Source of the DNA: Candidatus Dormiibacterota bacterium
Lineage (GTDB): Bacteria; Chloroflexota; Dormibacteria; Aeolococcales; Aeolococcaceae
DNA length: 63,541 bases
Reading direction: 5' to 3'
NCBI GenBank assembly: GCA_036732145.1
Contig: DAINCY010000006.1
Coordinates: forward strand, 1 to 63,541
The stretch's first letter is position 1. Each line of letters opens with the position of its first letter. A program made the position numbers and the translations under genes. Below, one piece after another: positions 9,804 through 19,507 of this stretch. A model generated the notes under the pieces. That model saw only the letters and a list, made by a program, of their open reading frames with translations, made no database searches and had not been told where the DNA came from.

Positions 9804-10717
9804 GCCACGGTGTCCGCAACCATCCCCGCCGACCAGATCCCGGCCCGGTAGAGCTTGCCGGGCAGTTCCCGGCCGAGGGCCTCGGCCAGCATGCCGCTGA
9901 GGGCGCAGTACGCAACCAGGTCGCAGCCATGCACGCCACCGGCGCTGGCAACCGCCTGGAGCGCGTCCTCGCTGCAGACGTTGCCCGTCGATCGCGGTGC
10001 GAATGGGCAGCCCCCAAGCCCGCCGGCGCTGCCGTCGAAGCGGGTCACACCCGCCTCGTAGGCCACCAGCACGTTGGCGACACCGAGCCCACGCGTGTCG
10101 TGCACGTGCAGCGAGAGGCGCTGGTCGGGGACGACGTCGCCCGCCCGTGCGCAGAGTTCGCGAACCGCCGCGGGATGAGCAGTGCCGATGGTGTCGGCGA
10201 TGCCCACCTCGGCGGCGCCGCGCCGGACCAGCTCGGAGCACAGATCCACGACTCGCTGGGGGTCGACCTCGCCCTCGAACGGGCAGCCGAAGCTCACCGA
10301 CACCGCCACGTCCACGTCGCAGCGCACCTGGCGCGCCTCGGCCACCACCGCATCGAGATCATCGAGCGACTCACTGACAGTGCGGTTGACGTTGCGGCGA
10401 TTGAAGGTGTCCGTGGCCGCGATCGTGTACAGCACGTTGCGCACGTCGTGCTGGAGCGCGAGTTCCAGACCGCGCCGGTTGGGGATGAGCACGCGCAGGC
10501 GTGGCAGCGCGTCCGGACCAAGGGCGCGCAGGACGTCGGCGGCGTCCGCCAGCTGTGGCACCCACCTCGGCGACACGAAGGACGTGGCCTCGACCCTCGG
10601 CACCCCAGCCGCGAGAAGACCGTCGATGAGCCGCACCTTGACCTCGGTGGACACGGCGCCGGAGATGTTCTGGAGACCGTCGCGGGGCGCGACGTCGGTC
10701 CAAGTGACCTCAGCCAT
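9800..10717 (-). CDS. Hydroxymethylglutaryl-CoA lyase
   Basis: DVAPRDGLQN, EATSFVSP, IADTIG, LHVHDTRG, GGLGGCPFAP..TGNV. Confidence 0.93.
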   Translation of the reverse strand: MAEVTWTDVAPRDGLQNISGAVSTEVKVRLIDGLLAAGVPRVEATSFVSPRWVPQLADAADVLRALGPDALPRLRVLIPNRRGLELALQHDVRNVLYTIAATDTFNRRNVNRTVSESLDDLDAVVAEARQVRCDVDVAVSVSFGCPFEGEVDPQRVVDLCSELVRRGAAEVGIADTIGTAHPAAVRELCARAGDVVPDQRLSLHVHDTRGLGVANVLVAYEAGVTRFDGSAGGLGGCPFAPRSTGNVCSEDALQAVASAGGVHGCDLVAYCALSGMLAEALGRELPGKLYRAGIWSAGMVADTVA

Positions 10718-10822
10718 CGCCGCCGTTCTCCCTGGGTCGCATCTGCGGTCACCCTAGCAGAGGCGTTGCAGCGAAGCCTGACCCCCGGAGGGCCACGCCG
10801 CGTCCTAGACTGAGGCCGCGCG

Positions 10823-11488
10823 ATGCCCCGCTTCCGTCTCACCACCTACCTGCGCGACACCTTCGGGGTCGAAGACCTGCAGAGGTTCCGGCTGTGCGGC
10901 ATGGATGAGGTGGGTCGCGGATCGTATGCGGGTCCGCTCGTGGCAGCCGCCGTCGTGCTCCCGCCGCGCTTCCGGCACCCGCTGCTGCGTGACAGCAAGC
11001 TGCTCAGTGCCCGGCAGCGGGAGACGGTCGGTGAGGTCATCCGGCGGCGCGCCGTCGCGTGGGTGGTGGCCGAGATCTCCGCGGCCGACATCAACCGCAG
11101 AGGATTGGGGTGGGCCAACGTCGAGATCTTCCGACGCCTCGTCGACCTGGTCGACGCGGACGGCTACTGCTGCGACGGACGGCTGCGCATCAACGCGTCA
11201 CGCACCGTGCATTGCCTGGTCAAGGGTGACAATCTGGTTCCCGCGATCTCCGCTGCGTCGATCGTGGCCAAGGTGCACCGCGACGCGATCATGACCGCGA
11301 TGCACGACGACGCACCGCACTACAACTGGGCGAGCAACAAGGGCTATGGCGCGCGTGTGCACCGCGACGCCATCCTCAGCCACGGTCCGCACCCTGAGCA
11401 CCGCACCGTGTTCATCGACAACATGATGCAACTCGATCTCGCGTTCGACTCTCCGTCGGGCGCCGCGCTCGAGGCCACGCCTGCCTGA
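10823..11488 (+). CDS. rnhB: Ribonuclease HII
   Basis: GMDEVGRGSYAGP, DSKLLS, KGD..ISAASIVAKVHRD, NKGY. Confidence 0.93.
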   Translation: MPRFRLTTYLRDTFGVEDLQRFRLCGMDEVGRGSYAGPLVAAAVVLPPRFRHPLLRDSKLLSARQRETVGEVIRRRAVAWVVAEISAADINRRGLGWANVEIFRRLVDLVDADGYCCDGRLRINASRTVHCLVKGDNLVPAISAASIVAKVHRDAIMTAMHDDAPHYNWASNKGYGARVHRDAILSHGPHPEHRTVFIDNMMQLDLAFDSPSGAALEATPA

Positions 11489-11527
11489 GCGCCACGCTGG
11501 CAGGTCAAGCACGCGCCGTATGGTCGC

Positions 11528-12058
11528 GTGGTGAAGGCGACTCCGCGCGTCCCCGTCGACGCCACCGTTTTCCGCGATGCCGCGGCCCGGTTCGCCAGCG
11601 GAGTCACCGTCGCCGCCGCAGCCCACGATGGCTTGCAGCACGCCATCACGGCCACGGCGTTCGCATCGTTGTCGCTCGAGCCCCCGATGGTCCTGCTGGC
11701 GCTCGACCGCGCCGGCCAGTTGATCGGCCTGGTGCGCTCCAGCGGCTGCGTGGGCCTGAGCATCCTGTCCGCGGATCAGGAGGACGTCGGACGGCGCGCA
11801 TCGACGCGAGGCCGCGCGCCGCAGCGATTGGTCGACGAGGCGCTCACCACCACCGCGTTGACCGGGGCGCCGCTGTTGATCGGGGCCCTCGCATGGTTCG
11901 ATTGTGAGGTCGAATCAATCTCCGAACACGGCGATCACGCGGTCATCGTGGGGAGGGTGGTTGCCGCGGCGTCGACCGACGGCGACCCGCTGCTGTATTT
12001 CGCGCGCCGGTATCACCGTTTGGGCGCGCAACTCGGTGAAGAGGGCGTCACGCGTTGA
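11528..12058 (+). CDS. Flavin reductase-like protein (start could be GTG 11531)
   Basis: FRDAAARFASGVTV, SLSLEPP, GAPLL..ALAWFDC, GDH..IVGRV, PLLY. Confidence 0.9.
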   Translation: MVKATPRVPVDATVFRDAAARFASGVTVAAAAHDGLQHAITATAFASLSLEPPMVLLALDRAGQLIGLVRSSGCVGLSILSADQEDVGRRASTRGRAPQRLVDEALTTTALTGAPLLIGALAWFDCEVESISEHGDHAVIVGRVVAAASTDGDPLLYFARRYHRLGAQLGEEGVTR

Positions 12059-12074
12059 AAGCTGTCGTTCCAAC

Positions 12075-12097
12075 GGGGCGAGGCAGATCCTCGCCCC
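12075..12097. terminator. Hairpin between convergent genes (possible terminator)
   Basis: Perfect 9-bp stem ggggcgagg/cctcgcccc with a 5-nt loop; no U-tract. Confidence 0.45.
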
Positions 12098-12173
12098 CTG
12101 AGCGCGGTCGACGTTGGCACATCGTCCACGCTCGCCCCACTCCTCGGCGCGACTCCGCGCCGTGCGACGCAGA

Positions 12174-12404
12174 TCAGCCGCAGCCGCAACCACCCCCGCA
12201 GCATCCGCCACCGGACCGAGGCGCGGTTGTCATCTGGGAGATGGCTGCGGCCGATGATCGCGGCGCGGCAACCTGGCTGATCAGGGGCATGCTCGCCCGG
12301 CTCTCACAGCTGGGACACAGGGCCGACAGCTCCCGATCACCCATGCCGCGGAGCAGCTCGAAGGTAGCGTGGCAGTCGTTGCAGCGGTATTCGTAGACCG
12401 GCAT
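12174..12404 (-). CDS. FmdB-family zinc-ribbon protein
   Basis: MPVYEYRCNDC..FE...CPSC, C-terminal GGCCGGGCGCG. Confidence 0.9.
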   Translation of the reverse strand: MPVYEYRCNDCHATFELLRGMGDRELSALCPSCESRASMPLISQVAAPRSSAAAISQMTTAPRSGGGCCGGGCGCG

Positions 12405-12502
12405 CGGGAGCAGCCTAACACTGGCCGAGATGCAGCCCGCCCGGGAGGGCACACCCCTCGGGCGAGTTTGCGCTGCGAACATCCGTTCGCTATACTGCGG
12501 TC

Positions 12503-12793
12503 ATGAGCGCGCGCCCGATGGAACTGCTCCTGCCGCTGGGGGACATGGCCGCTCCCGGTGAGCTCACCACCCGCCGATGGCAGCACCTCATGACCGTGGC
12601 CGGGATCGACCCCGCTTCGGCGCAGCGCCTGGCCCGCGCGTTTCCATCGCTGGCAGCGGTCTACGGGGCTGACGAGGAACAGCTTGTCAAGGTGGTGGGC
12701 CCGGTGGTGGCGTCTCGCATCCGCTGGTTCCTCGATGCTCCCCTCGACACCGGGCTCGCTCCGACCGCCGTCGCACGCGCCAAAGCCGCCTGA
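12503..12793 (+). CDS. Small helix-hairpin-helix domain protein
   Basis: VAGIDPASAQRLARAFPSL...LVKVVGPVVASRI resembles the tandem HhH of the UvrC/ERCC4 C-terminus; TATACT 6 nt upstream. Confidence 0.7.
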   Translation: MSARPMELLLPLGDMAAPGELTTRRWQHLMTVAGIDPASAQRLARAFPSLAAVYGADEEQLVKVVGPVVASRIRWFLDAPLDTGLAPTAVARAKAA

Positions 12794-12885
12794 GCTCGGC
12801 CTGGCAGGCGGCACGCTGGTGCCCCAAAGAGCCGCCGCACGTATGATCGTGGTTTCACAAGTCGAGGGGGCATCGGAGGACGTTC

Positions 12886-13497
12886 GTGATGTTGGGACGC
12901 AAGTCGAAGACGGCAGTGATCGAACGTGAGGTCTCGAGCGCCGGCTCCCGCGCTGCCGAAGTTGTCGGGGGCGCCGTTGCCGCCGCCCAGAACGCGCAGC
13001 GGGTGGCCACGCCTGTGCTTCGTACAGCGGCTGAGAAGTCCGCGGAAACTCTGAGTCACGCCGCCGAGCGCGCCGCCGTGGTGCTCGCCGACACCGCCGA
13101 GCGTCTCGCCGACAGCGGCGAGGAGCGTGCCGGGACGGTCGCCGTCGCTGCCCGACACCGTCTGGCGGACGCCTCTGAGGCACTCGCCGTTGCGGTGCGA
13201 CCCAAGCGACGCCGTCGTTTCCGCCGCCTCGTCGTGCTCAGCGCCATCGCCGGCGCCGTCGTGGCGCTGATCAAGTCGCCTCTGCGCTCCAAGCTCGCCG
13301 ACCGCCTGTTCGGCGCTCCCCCCGAGTTCGACGACGACATCCCCGAGTCCATCACCCTACCGCCGTCGCAGATGGACACCGATGCGCACGATGACACGAC
13401 GCCGCACGACGAGCACGACCAGGGCTCGGAGAGCGGCGGCTCCAACGGTGTTGTGTCGGGCTCGGTCTCGACCAAGGGCGAGGGCGCCAAGAGTTGA
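12886..13497 (+). CDS. Hypothetical protein (Ala-rich helical region, one TM, acidic tail)
   Basis: TATGAT -10 at 12842, GGAGG SD at 12875, RRRRRFRR followed by a TM helix. Confidence 0.75.
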   Translation: MMLGRKSKTAVIEREVSSAGSRAAEVVGGAVAAAQNAQRVATPVLRTAAEKSAETLSHAAERAAVVLADTAERLADSGEERAGTVAVAARHRLADASEALAVAVRPKRRRRFRRLVVLSAIAGAVVALIKSPLRSKLADRLFGAPPEFDDDIPESITLPPSQMDTDAHDDTTPHDEHDQGSESGGSNGVVSGSVSTKGEGAKS

Positions 13498-13501
13498 GCT
13501 G

Positions 13502-14176
13502 GTGAGCCCGGACGATCGCCGTCCATTTGGCGGGGCGCCGTTCGACCGCAGCCGCAACGACCGCCCTGGAGGCCCCGGTTCCGATCGGGGCGAACGGCCA
13601 CCGATGGACCGTCCGGGTTTCGCTGCGCAGCGTCCCTTCATGCGGCCGCCCACTCGCGGCGGGGATATGCCGCCCCCAGACCACGCCGTCCGTCTCCGCG
13701 ATGGCGACCGCGAATTCGAGGTCAGTGGCAACCCGGCCTTCGTCCGCCAGGTGCTCGACGACCTGCCTGCCCTGATGGCGCGGCTGCGCGGTGAGGCCCA
13801 CGGCCGCGCCACCATTTCCATGCCTGCGCCTCCAACCCAGGCGCTCGCCAATCCCGGCGCACCAGCCTCGGCTGACAGTCCGGTGGCGCTCGAGACGGTC
13901 ACAGGCGGTGTCCCCCGCCCCACCAGCCGTGCCACGCGTGGCGGCGGGAATGGGACGCACCGCGGGACGGCGGGAACCATTGAGGAACCTGCATCCCTCG
14001 AGGATCGTGTCTTCCAAGTACTTCGCGGCAGCCGCCGCCCGCTCGCGGTCGCCGCGATCCGCCAGCGGCTCGACGGGCCCGAGGTCACCGGCCAGCAGGT
14101 TCGACGTCTGCTCGAGCGTGCCGGCTCACGCGTCACCGTCTCGGCCGATCGACCGGCAACCTACTCCCTCCGCTAA
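13502..14176 (+). CDS. Hypothetical protein with a C-terminal winged-helix-like domain
   Basis: GTG 5 nt after the upstream stop; RLRDGDREFEVSG module; LEDRVFQVL..LAVAAIRQRL..QVRRLL..PATYSL tail. Confidence 0.65.
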   Translation: MSPDDRRPFGGAPFDRSRNDRPGGPGSDRGERPPMDRPGFAAQRPFMRPPTRGGDMPPPDHAVRLRDGDREFEVSGNPAFVRQVLDDLPALMARLRGEAHGRATISMPAPPTQALANPGAPASADSPVALETVTGGVPRPTSRATRGGGNGTHRGTAGTIEEPASLEDRVFQVLRGSRRPLAVAAIRQRLDGPEVTGQQVRRLLERAGSRVTVSADRPATYSLR

Positions 14177-14321
14177 GCCCACCCACGTCGGGCCATCCGC
14201 CTCCGGGCTGGCTCTGCGGCAGCGGGGTGCTGTCAACAAATCGGCGGACCGATCCAATCGCGTCGGTCAGTGCAAATGAACCGGGCGCTCGTTACAATGA
14301 CGCCTATCTGTGGAGGGGGGC

Positions 14322-15161
14322 GTGGAGCCGGGAATCATCGCGGCGATCGTGGCGGGCAGTGGCGCACTGATTGTGCTCGCCAGCGGTCTCCGCGTCATCA
14401 GGGAGTACCAGCGGGGCGTCGTCCTGCGCCTCGGGCGACGCGGTCCGATGCTCGAACCCGGTCTCCGCTACATCCTGCCGCTCGGCGTCGACCGTCTCAT
14501 CAAGGTTGATCTTCGCAGCGCTCCCCTCGAGGTCCCTGCCCACGAGGTGATCACTCATGACGGGGTGCCGGTGCGGGTCAGTGCCACCGTTCACCTCCAG
14601 GTGCTCAACCCCCTTCTGGCCGTGACCCGCGTCCTCGACTACCGGCGGTCCACCGCGCAGGTTACCCACGCCGCACTGCGCGACGTGATCGCGGGAACCG
14701 GGCTGCGCGACCTGCTCCTCAACCAGGAGGCGATGCGCGGTGCCATGGCTCGCTTCGTCGATGCCCGCATCGAGCCATGGGGCATCGGCGTCACCTCGGT
14801 GGACCTCGAGGACGTGGTGCTCCCTGACGCCATGCAGCGCGCCATGGCCCGCCACGCGGAGCTGCGCGGGGGTCAGCCGACCGAGCCCGTCCAACCTGAG
14901 AACGCGGCCGATGTCGCCCGTCAACTCGAGGCGGTCGCCAAAATTCTTGCCGGGCAGCCCCGCGATGTGCAGATCCGCTTCCTCGAGGCCGTGAGCGACG
15001 TGCGCAGCAGCGACTCGACCGTGGTCGTCGTGCCCCTGCCGATCGAGCTGGTGCAGCCGTTCGTCGATCTCCAGGGCCGCGCCCTCCCCGCCCCGCGGAC
15101 GCTGGAGGGTGAGGCGCAGTCGGCCGAGACACCGGCGCTCGGTCAGGGTCAGCCGTCCTGA
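14322..15161 (+). CDS. SPFH/band 7 (stomatin-like) protein
   Basis: EYQRGVVLRLGR..PGL..VDLR...HEVITHDGVPV; GGAGG SD at 14312, TACAAT at 14293. Confidence 0.92.
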   Translation: MEPGIIAAIVAGSGALIVLASGLRVIREYQRGVVLRLGRRGPMLEPGLRYILPLGVDRLIKVDLRSAPLEVPAHEVITHDGVPVRVSATVHLQVLNPLLAVTRVLDYRRSTAQVTHAALRDVIAGTGLRDLLLNQEAMRGAMARFVDARIEPWGIGVTSVDLEDVVLPDAMQRAMARHAELRGGQPTEPVQPENAADVARQLEAVAKILAGQPRDVQIRFLEAVSDVRSSDSTVVVVPLPIELVQPFVDLQGRALPAPRTLEGEAQSAETPALGQGQPS

Positions 15162-15180
15162 GCTGACCTCGCGCCAACGG

Positions 15181-16626
15181 TCATTCGCTGTCGAGGTGGG
15201 AGAGGTCGTTGCGCTGCTCGCCGGCGGTCGCCCGTCCGGTAGCGAAGAGCTGGGCCGCCGTTTGCTGGACGGCGAGGGACATCGATGGGTAGGCGTGAAC
15301 CGCCTGCGCGAGACGCCCGGAGAATGCACGCACCTGCATGGCCAGCACGAACTCATGGATCAACTCCCCGGCGCCCGGTCCGATGATGTGGGCGCCGAGC
15401 AGAGCCCCACCCCCGGCATGGCCGATCACTGGATTGCCCTTGGTGATCACCTTGATGAGCCCCTCGGGCTCTCCGGTGATGACCGCGCGATCGACGGCTG
15501 TGAATGGAAGCGCAGCGACGCGCACGTCATCGCCGTGCTTATGTCGCGCCTCGGGCTCAGTGAGACCGACATGGGCGATCTCCGGGTCGGTGAAGATGAC
15601 CCACGGAAGCACGCGGTACGACGCTGAGCTGCCCTTGCCCAACGCATTGCGGGCGGCCAGGCGGCCCTGGTACGCGGCCGCATGAGTGAAAGGCAGGATC
15701 CCGGTGACGTCGCCCGCGGCGAACACACCTGGGAGTGAGGTTCGCAGGCGCACGTCAACGTCGACACCCGTCTTGGTCATCCGCACGCCGAGCTCCTCGA
15801 GATTGAGGCCCTCGACGTTGGGACGCCGGCCGGTCGCCACCAGGAGCGCGTCGCCGTTGACCATGCGCGTTCTGCCTCCGACCTCCAGTTCCAGTGTGAA
15901 GCAGGTCCCGTCGTGTGATACCGCGGTGGTCTTGGCGCCGAGCGTGAAACGGACCCCCTCGCTCTCGAGCAGCCGTCGCGACAGCGCGGCGATCTCAGGA
16001 TCCTCGCCTGACAGATATGTCGTCGTCACGTCGATGACATCGACCCCGCTTCCCAGTCGCGCAAAGGCCTGTGCCATCTCGAGGCCGATCGGGCCGGCCC
16101 CGAGCACAAGGAGATGCGCGGGCAACGCGGTCATCGCGAAGAGAGACTCGTTGGTCAGGTAGGGGACCGCGTCGAGCCCCGGCACCGGCGGCACCGCGGG
16201 GCGGCTGCCGGTGGCGATGACGATCCGGTCGGCGCGGACGGTCTCGCTCCCGATCCGCACCTCGCCGGGGGCGATCAAATGCGCGTGTCCTCGTCGAACG
16301 GCGATGCCGCCACGGCGCAGGTGTTCTTCATCCTCGTAGCGGGCGATGTCTTCGATGACGGCGTGAACACGTTGCATCACCGCGGCGAAATCCACGGAGA
16401 TGCCCTCGATGCGGATGCCGAACCCACCCGCGCCTGCCGCAGAATGGCGCACACGGGCCGCCTCGATGAGCGCCTTGGAGGGGACACATCCGTTCCATGT
16501 GCACTCACCGCCCAGGGGACCTTCGCTAACAAGCAGGGCTCGCTTGCCCATTGCGACAGCGGCTTGGACGGCGGACAGCCCTGCCGTCCCGCCACCGACA
16601 GCGACGAGGTCATAGCTGTCGCTCAG
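15181..16626 (-). CDS. Pyridine nucleotide-disulfide oxidoreductase (Lpd/MerA family, no C-terminal CC); CTG start inferred
   Basis: YDLVAVGGGTAG FAD motif lies upstream of the first ATG; GGECTWNGCVPSKAL redox-active disulfide; GAGPIGLE. Confidence 0.9.
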   Translation of the reverse strand: MSDSYDLVAVGGGTAGLSAVQAAVAMGKRALLVSEGPLGGECTWNGCVPSKALIEAARVRHSAAGAGGFGIRIEGISVDFAAVMQRVHAVIEDIARYEDEEHLRRGGIAVRRGHAHLIAPGEVRIGSETVRADRIVIATGSRPAVPPVPGLDAVPYLTNESLFAMTALPAHLLVLGAGPIGLEMAQAFARLGSGVDVIDVTTTYLSGEDPEIAALSRRLLESEGVRFTLGAKTTAVSHDGTCFTLELEVGGRTRMVNGDALLVATGRRPNVEGLNLEELGVRMTKTGVDVDVRLRTSLPGVFAAGDVTGILPFTHAAAYQGRLAARNALGKGSSASYRVLPWVIFTDPEIAHVGLTEPEARHKHGDDVRVAALPFTAVDRAVITGEPEGLIKVITKGNPVIGHAGGGALLGAHIIGPGAGELIHEFVLAMQVRAFSGRLAQAVHAYPSMSLAVQQTAAQLFATGRATAGEQRNDLSHLDSE

Positions 16627-17875
16627 GGGTCTCCCTCCGTGTCAACACCAGGCAGGCGTTGTGCCCGCCAAAACCAAATGACGTGGATATCGCAGTTGTG
16701 ATCGACGCCGCGCGCCCGGTGTGGGGCAGGTAGTCGAGGTCACACTCCGGATCCGGGTTGTCCAGGTTGATGGTGGGCGGCATGAACCCGTCGCGCATGG
16801 CGAGCAGACACACAATCGCCTCGATGGCACCCGCAGCGCCAAGCATGTGCCCTGTCATCGACTTGGTCGACGAGATCGGAGTGGTGTACGCGGCGTCCTC
16901 GAACACCGCTTTGATGGCACGCGTCTCTGCAGCGTCGTTCAGAGCCGTCCCGGTGCCGTGGGCATTGACGTACTGGATGTCGGCCGGTGTCAGCCCCGCG
17001 CGCTTCAGCGCCAGCCGGATGCATCGGATCGCGCCGTCACCGGTGGGGTCGGGAGCCGTGATGTGGTACGCGTCGGCAGTCGCCGCATATCCGCTCAGCT
17101 CGCCGTGAATCGTGGCGCCGCGGGCGAGTGCATGCTCTCGTTCCTCGAGCACCAGAACTGCGCAACCCTCGGAGGAGACGAAGCCGTCGCGGTCTCGATC
17201 GAACGGACGCGACGCGCGCTGGGGAGCGTCGTTGCGGGTCGACAGAGCGCGGGCTGCACTGAACATCGCGATGCCGGTGGCGGTGATCGCGGCCTCGGTT
17301 CCACCGGCGAGCACTGCCACCGCATCGCCCCTGCGAATCCACTCGCCGGCCTCGCCCACGGCGCCCGCCCCGGTCGCGCAGGCGGTCACCACGGCCTGGT
17401 TGGGACCCCTGGCGCCGACGTCCATGGCCACCGCCGCGGCAGCCATGTCGATGAGCGAGATGGCTGCCGCGAACGGGGACACCCGACGCACGCCGTCGGC
17501 GTCGAGGGTTCGGGTGGCCTGTTCGACCACCTCCATGCCGCCAACGCCCGAGCCGATGCAAACCCCGACCTCGCAGCTGATCGAGGCGACGTCGAGACCG
17601 CTGTTGGCCACCGCCTCCCGTGCCGCCGCGAGCGCGAACTGGATGTTGCGACTGCTGCGCCGTGCGAGCTTATGCCCCAACGTCGCCACCGGGTCGAAAC
17701 CTCGAACCTCGCCGGCGATGCGCACGGGGAGCTCGGAGGCATCGAACAGCGTGATCGGCCCGATGCCGCTCGCGCCCGCGCGCAACGCACTCCACGACGA
17801 GGCCACGTCGAGACCGACCGGGGTGATCGCGCCCATCCCGGTCACCACCACGCGGGTGCGACCCGGATCAGTCAC
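16610..17875 (-). CDS. fabF: Beta-ketoacyl-ACP synthase II
   Basis: RVVVTGMGAITPVG, TACATG (Cys), NAHGTGT, KSMTGHMLGAAG, SFGFGGHNA. Confidence 0.95.
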   Translation of the reverse strand: MTDPGRTRVVVTGMGAITPVGLDVASSWSALRAGASGIGPITLFDASELPVRIAGEVRGFDPVATLGHKLARRSSRNIQFALAAAREAVANSGLDVASISCEVGVCIGSGVGGMEVVEQATRTLDADGVRRVSPFAAAISLIDMAAAAVAMDVGARGPNQAVVTACATGAGAVGEAGEWIRRGDAVAVLAGGTEAAITATGIAMFSAARALSTRNDAPQRASRPFDRDRDGFVSSEGCAVLVLEEREHALARGATIHGELSGYAATADAYHITAPDPTGDGAIRCIRLALKRAGLTPADIQYVNAHGTGTALNDAAETRAIKAVFEDAAYTTPISSTKSMTGHMLGAAGAIEAIVCLLAMRDGFMPPTINLDNPDPECDLDYLPHTGRAASITTAISTSFGFGGHNACLVLTRRETPERQL

Positions 17876-18084
17876 GGCGTGAACCGGGTCACGGCCGGTT
17901 GACGTCGGGGGGAATTGGAGACCATCGGCGATATCCTCCCCTGTTGGGCCTTCGACACGACGTCCCGCGTTCCCGCCGCCCACCTGCTGCCCTTCCATCT
18001 GGACATCTGCCGAAGGCGTCTGGGCACAATGACGTCGCGCTCCGGATCGGAGCCGGACTCATCGCGGGGAGAGGACGACTCGTC

Positions 18085-19503
18085 GTGGACATCACCGCAG
18101 CCACGCCTGCCGTCGCCCATCGGACAACGGCCGGCGAGGATCCGCAGCATTCGCTGCGCCCCGACAGCCTCCGATTCATCGGGACAGTGGGCAACGCCGT
18201 CGGCATCCAGGCCCCGACCGCCGGGGTGGCATTCCTGCCCGCCCTCATGGCCGGCGTCGTCGGGGCGTCCGGACCGCTGGCCTTTCTCGTCGCGCTGGTG
18301 GCGATGGGATTCGTCGCGTACGCCTTCCTCATCTTCACTCGCGAGATGGCGTCGGCCGGATCGATCTACGCCTTCAACGGGCGAGCGCTGGGAGCCGCCT
18401 ATGGCTTCGTCTCGGTGTTCCTGCTCCTCGGGGTCTACGTTGCCTACGCGTCGTCCGTCTTCGCCAGCAACGCCAACTTCCTGCAGAGGCTGTTGCCCGG
18501 CGGTGCGGTGCCATGGCCATGGCTGGCGGCGGGGCTGTGGGTTGTCACCGTGGGTCTCACCTACCGGCGGATCGCCGTCTCCGCGGCGGTGATCGTCGGA
18601 CTTGAGGCCGTATCGCTCTGTCTGGTGGCTGTGGTCGCCCTCGGCGTGCTCCTGCACGGCGGTGCCGCAGCCGGGGCGATCACCACCAAGCCCTTCACGC
18701 TGGGCGGCCTGCCCATCGCCACCCTCGGCCTCGGCGTGGTGCTCGCATTCACCGGCTTCTCGGGATTCGAGGTGGCGGCCGCCTTCGGCGAGGAGGCGAG
18801 GGCTCCGCGTCGAGTCATCCCCGTCTCGGTCGTGGTTGCCCTTCTTTTTTCCGGCGGCGTGTACGTGTTCATGTCCTGGATCGAGACCATCGGCTTCGCG
18901 TCGCCCGACGCGCTCGCCCGTTCCAGCGTGCCACTGGTCGACATCGCCGCCCGCTACATCTCCCCGACCATGGGCACGATCATCAACGTCGCCGCCCTGA
19001 TCAGCGGCGTCGGCGCCCAGCTGGCATGCATCAACGGCGGCAACCGCCTGCTCTTCGCGCTCGGACGCGAGGGGTTCGGGCCGTCCTGGCTGGCGCGGAC
19101 CCATCCGCACCATCGCTCGCCGGTGGGCGCGCTGGTCGCCATCGGGCTGACGTCGCTGCTCGGGACGCTGGCGATGTTCCGGGCGTCGGCGATCGATGCG
19201 TTCTTCTACCTCTCGACGTATGGTGCAGACCTGATTCTGGTCGTCTACCTTTTGACGATGTTCGCCGCCATCGTGTGGTCGGTGCGGCGCGGCAATCGCA
19301 ATCCCGTGCGCTATCTGATCCTCGCCGCCGGTGTCGTGGTGATTGGCTACGTCATCAAGAACACCGCGTATCCCATCCCCCAATTTCCCTTCAACTGGTG
19401 CATGTACGGGGCGGGGATCACCATCGCTCTCGCTCTGGCAATCGTGGCGGCGTCCTCGCGGATGCGCCGTGGCCTGGCCACCTCGCAGCTGTTCACCGGC
19501 TAG
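18085..19503 (+). CDS. APC-family amino acid/amine permease
   Basis: About 12 TM helices, SAGSIYAF, AFTGFSGFE..A..GEEA; GTG 18085 with GGAGAGG upstream. Confidence 0.9.
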   Translation: MDITAATPAVAHRTTAGEDPQHSLRPDSLRFIGTVGNAVGIQAPTAGVAFLPALMAGVVGASGPLAFLVALVAMGFVAYAFLIFTREMASAGSIYAFNGRALGAAYGFVSVFLLLGVYVAYASSVFASNANFLQRLLPGGAVPWPWLAAGLWVVTVGLTYRRIAVSAAVIVGLEAVSLCLVAVVALGVLLHGGAAAGAITTKPFTLGGLPIATLGLGVVLAFTGFSGFEVAAAFGEEARAPRRVIPVSVVVALLFSGGVYVFMSWIETIGFASPDALARSSVPLVDIAARYISPTMGTIINVAALISGVGAQLACINGGNRLLFALGREGFGPSWLARTHPHHRSPVGALVAIGLTSLLGTLAMFRASAIDAFFYLSTYGADLILVVYLLTMFAAIVWSVRRGNRNPVRYLILAAGVVVIGYVIKNTAYPIPQFPFNWCMYGAGITIALALAIVAASSRMRRGLATSQLFTG

Positions 19504-19507
19504 ACGC

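Noticed and set aside
11915-12211. 98-aa minus-strand ORF that looks protein-like
   Set aside because: Overlaps the flavin reductase (antisense) and FmdB; no SD or -10 box, and the intergenic part holds a terminator-like hairpin
15181-16626. Mercuric reductase (merA) call
   Set aside because: No C-terminal Cys-Cys pair, no NmerA domain and no mer genes nearby
18005-18075. GCCGAAGGCG and GGGGAGAG segments reminiscent of a glycine riboswitch upstream of the permease
   Set aside because: Elements are in the wrong order and the CUCUCAGG motif is missing
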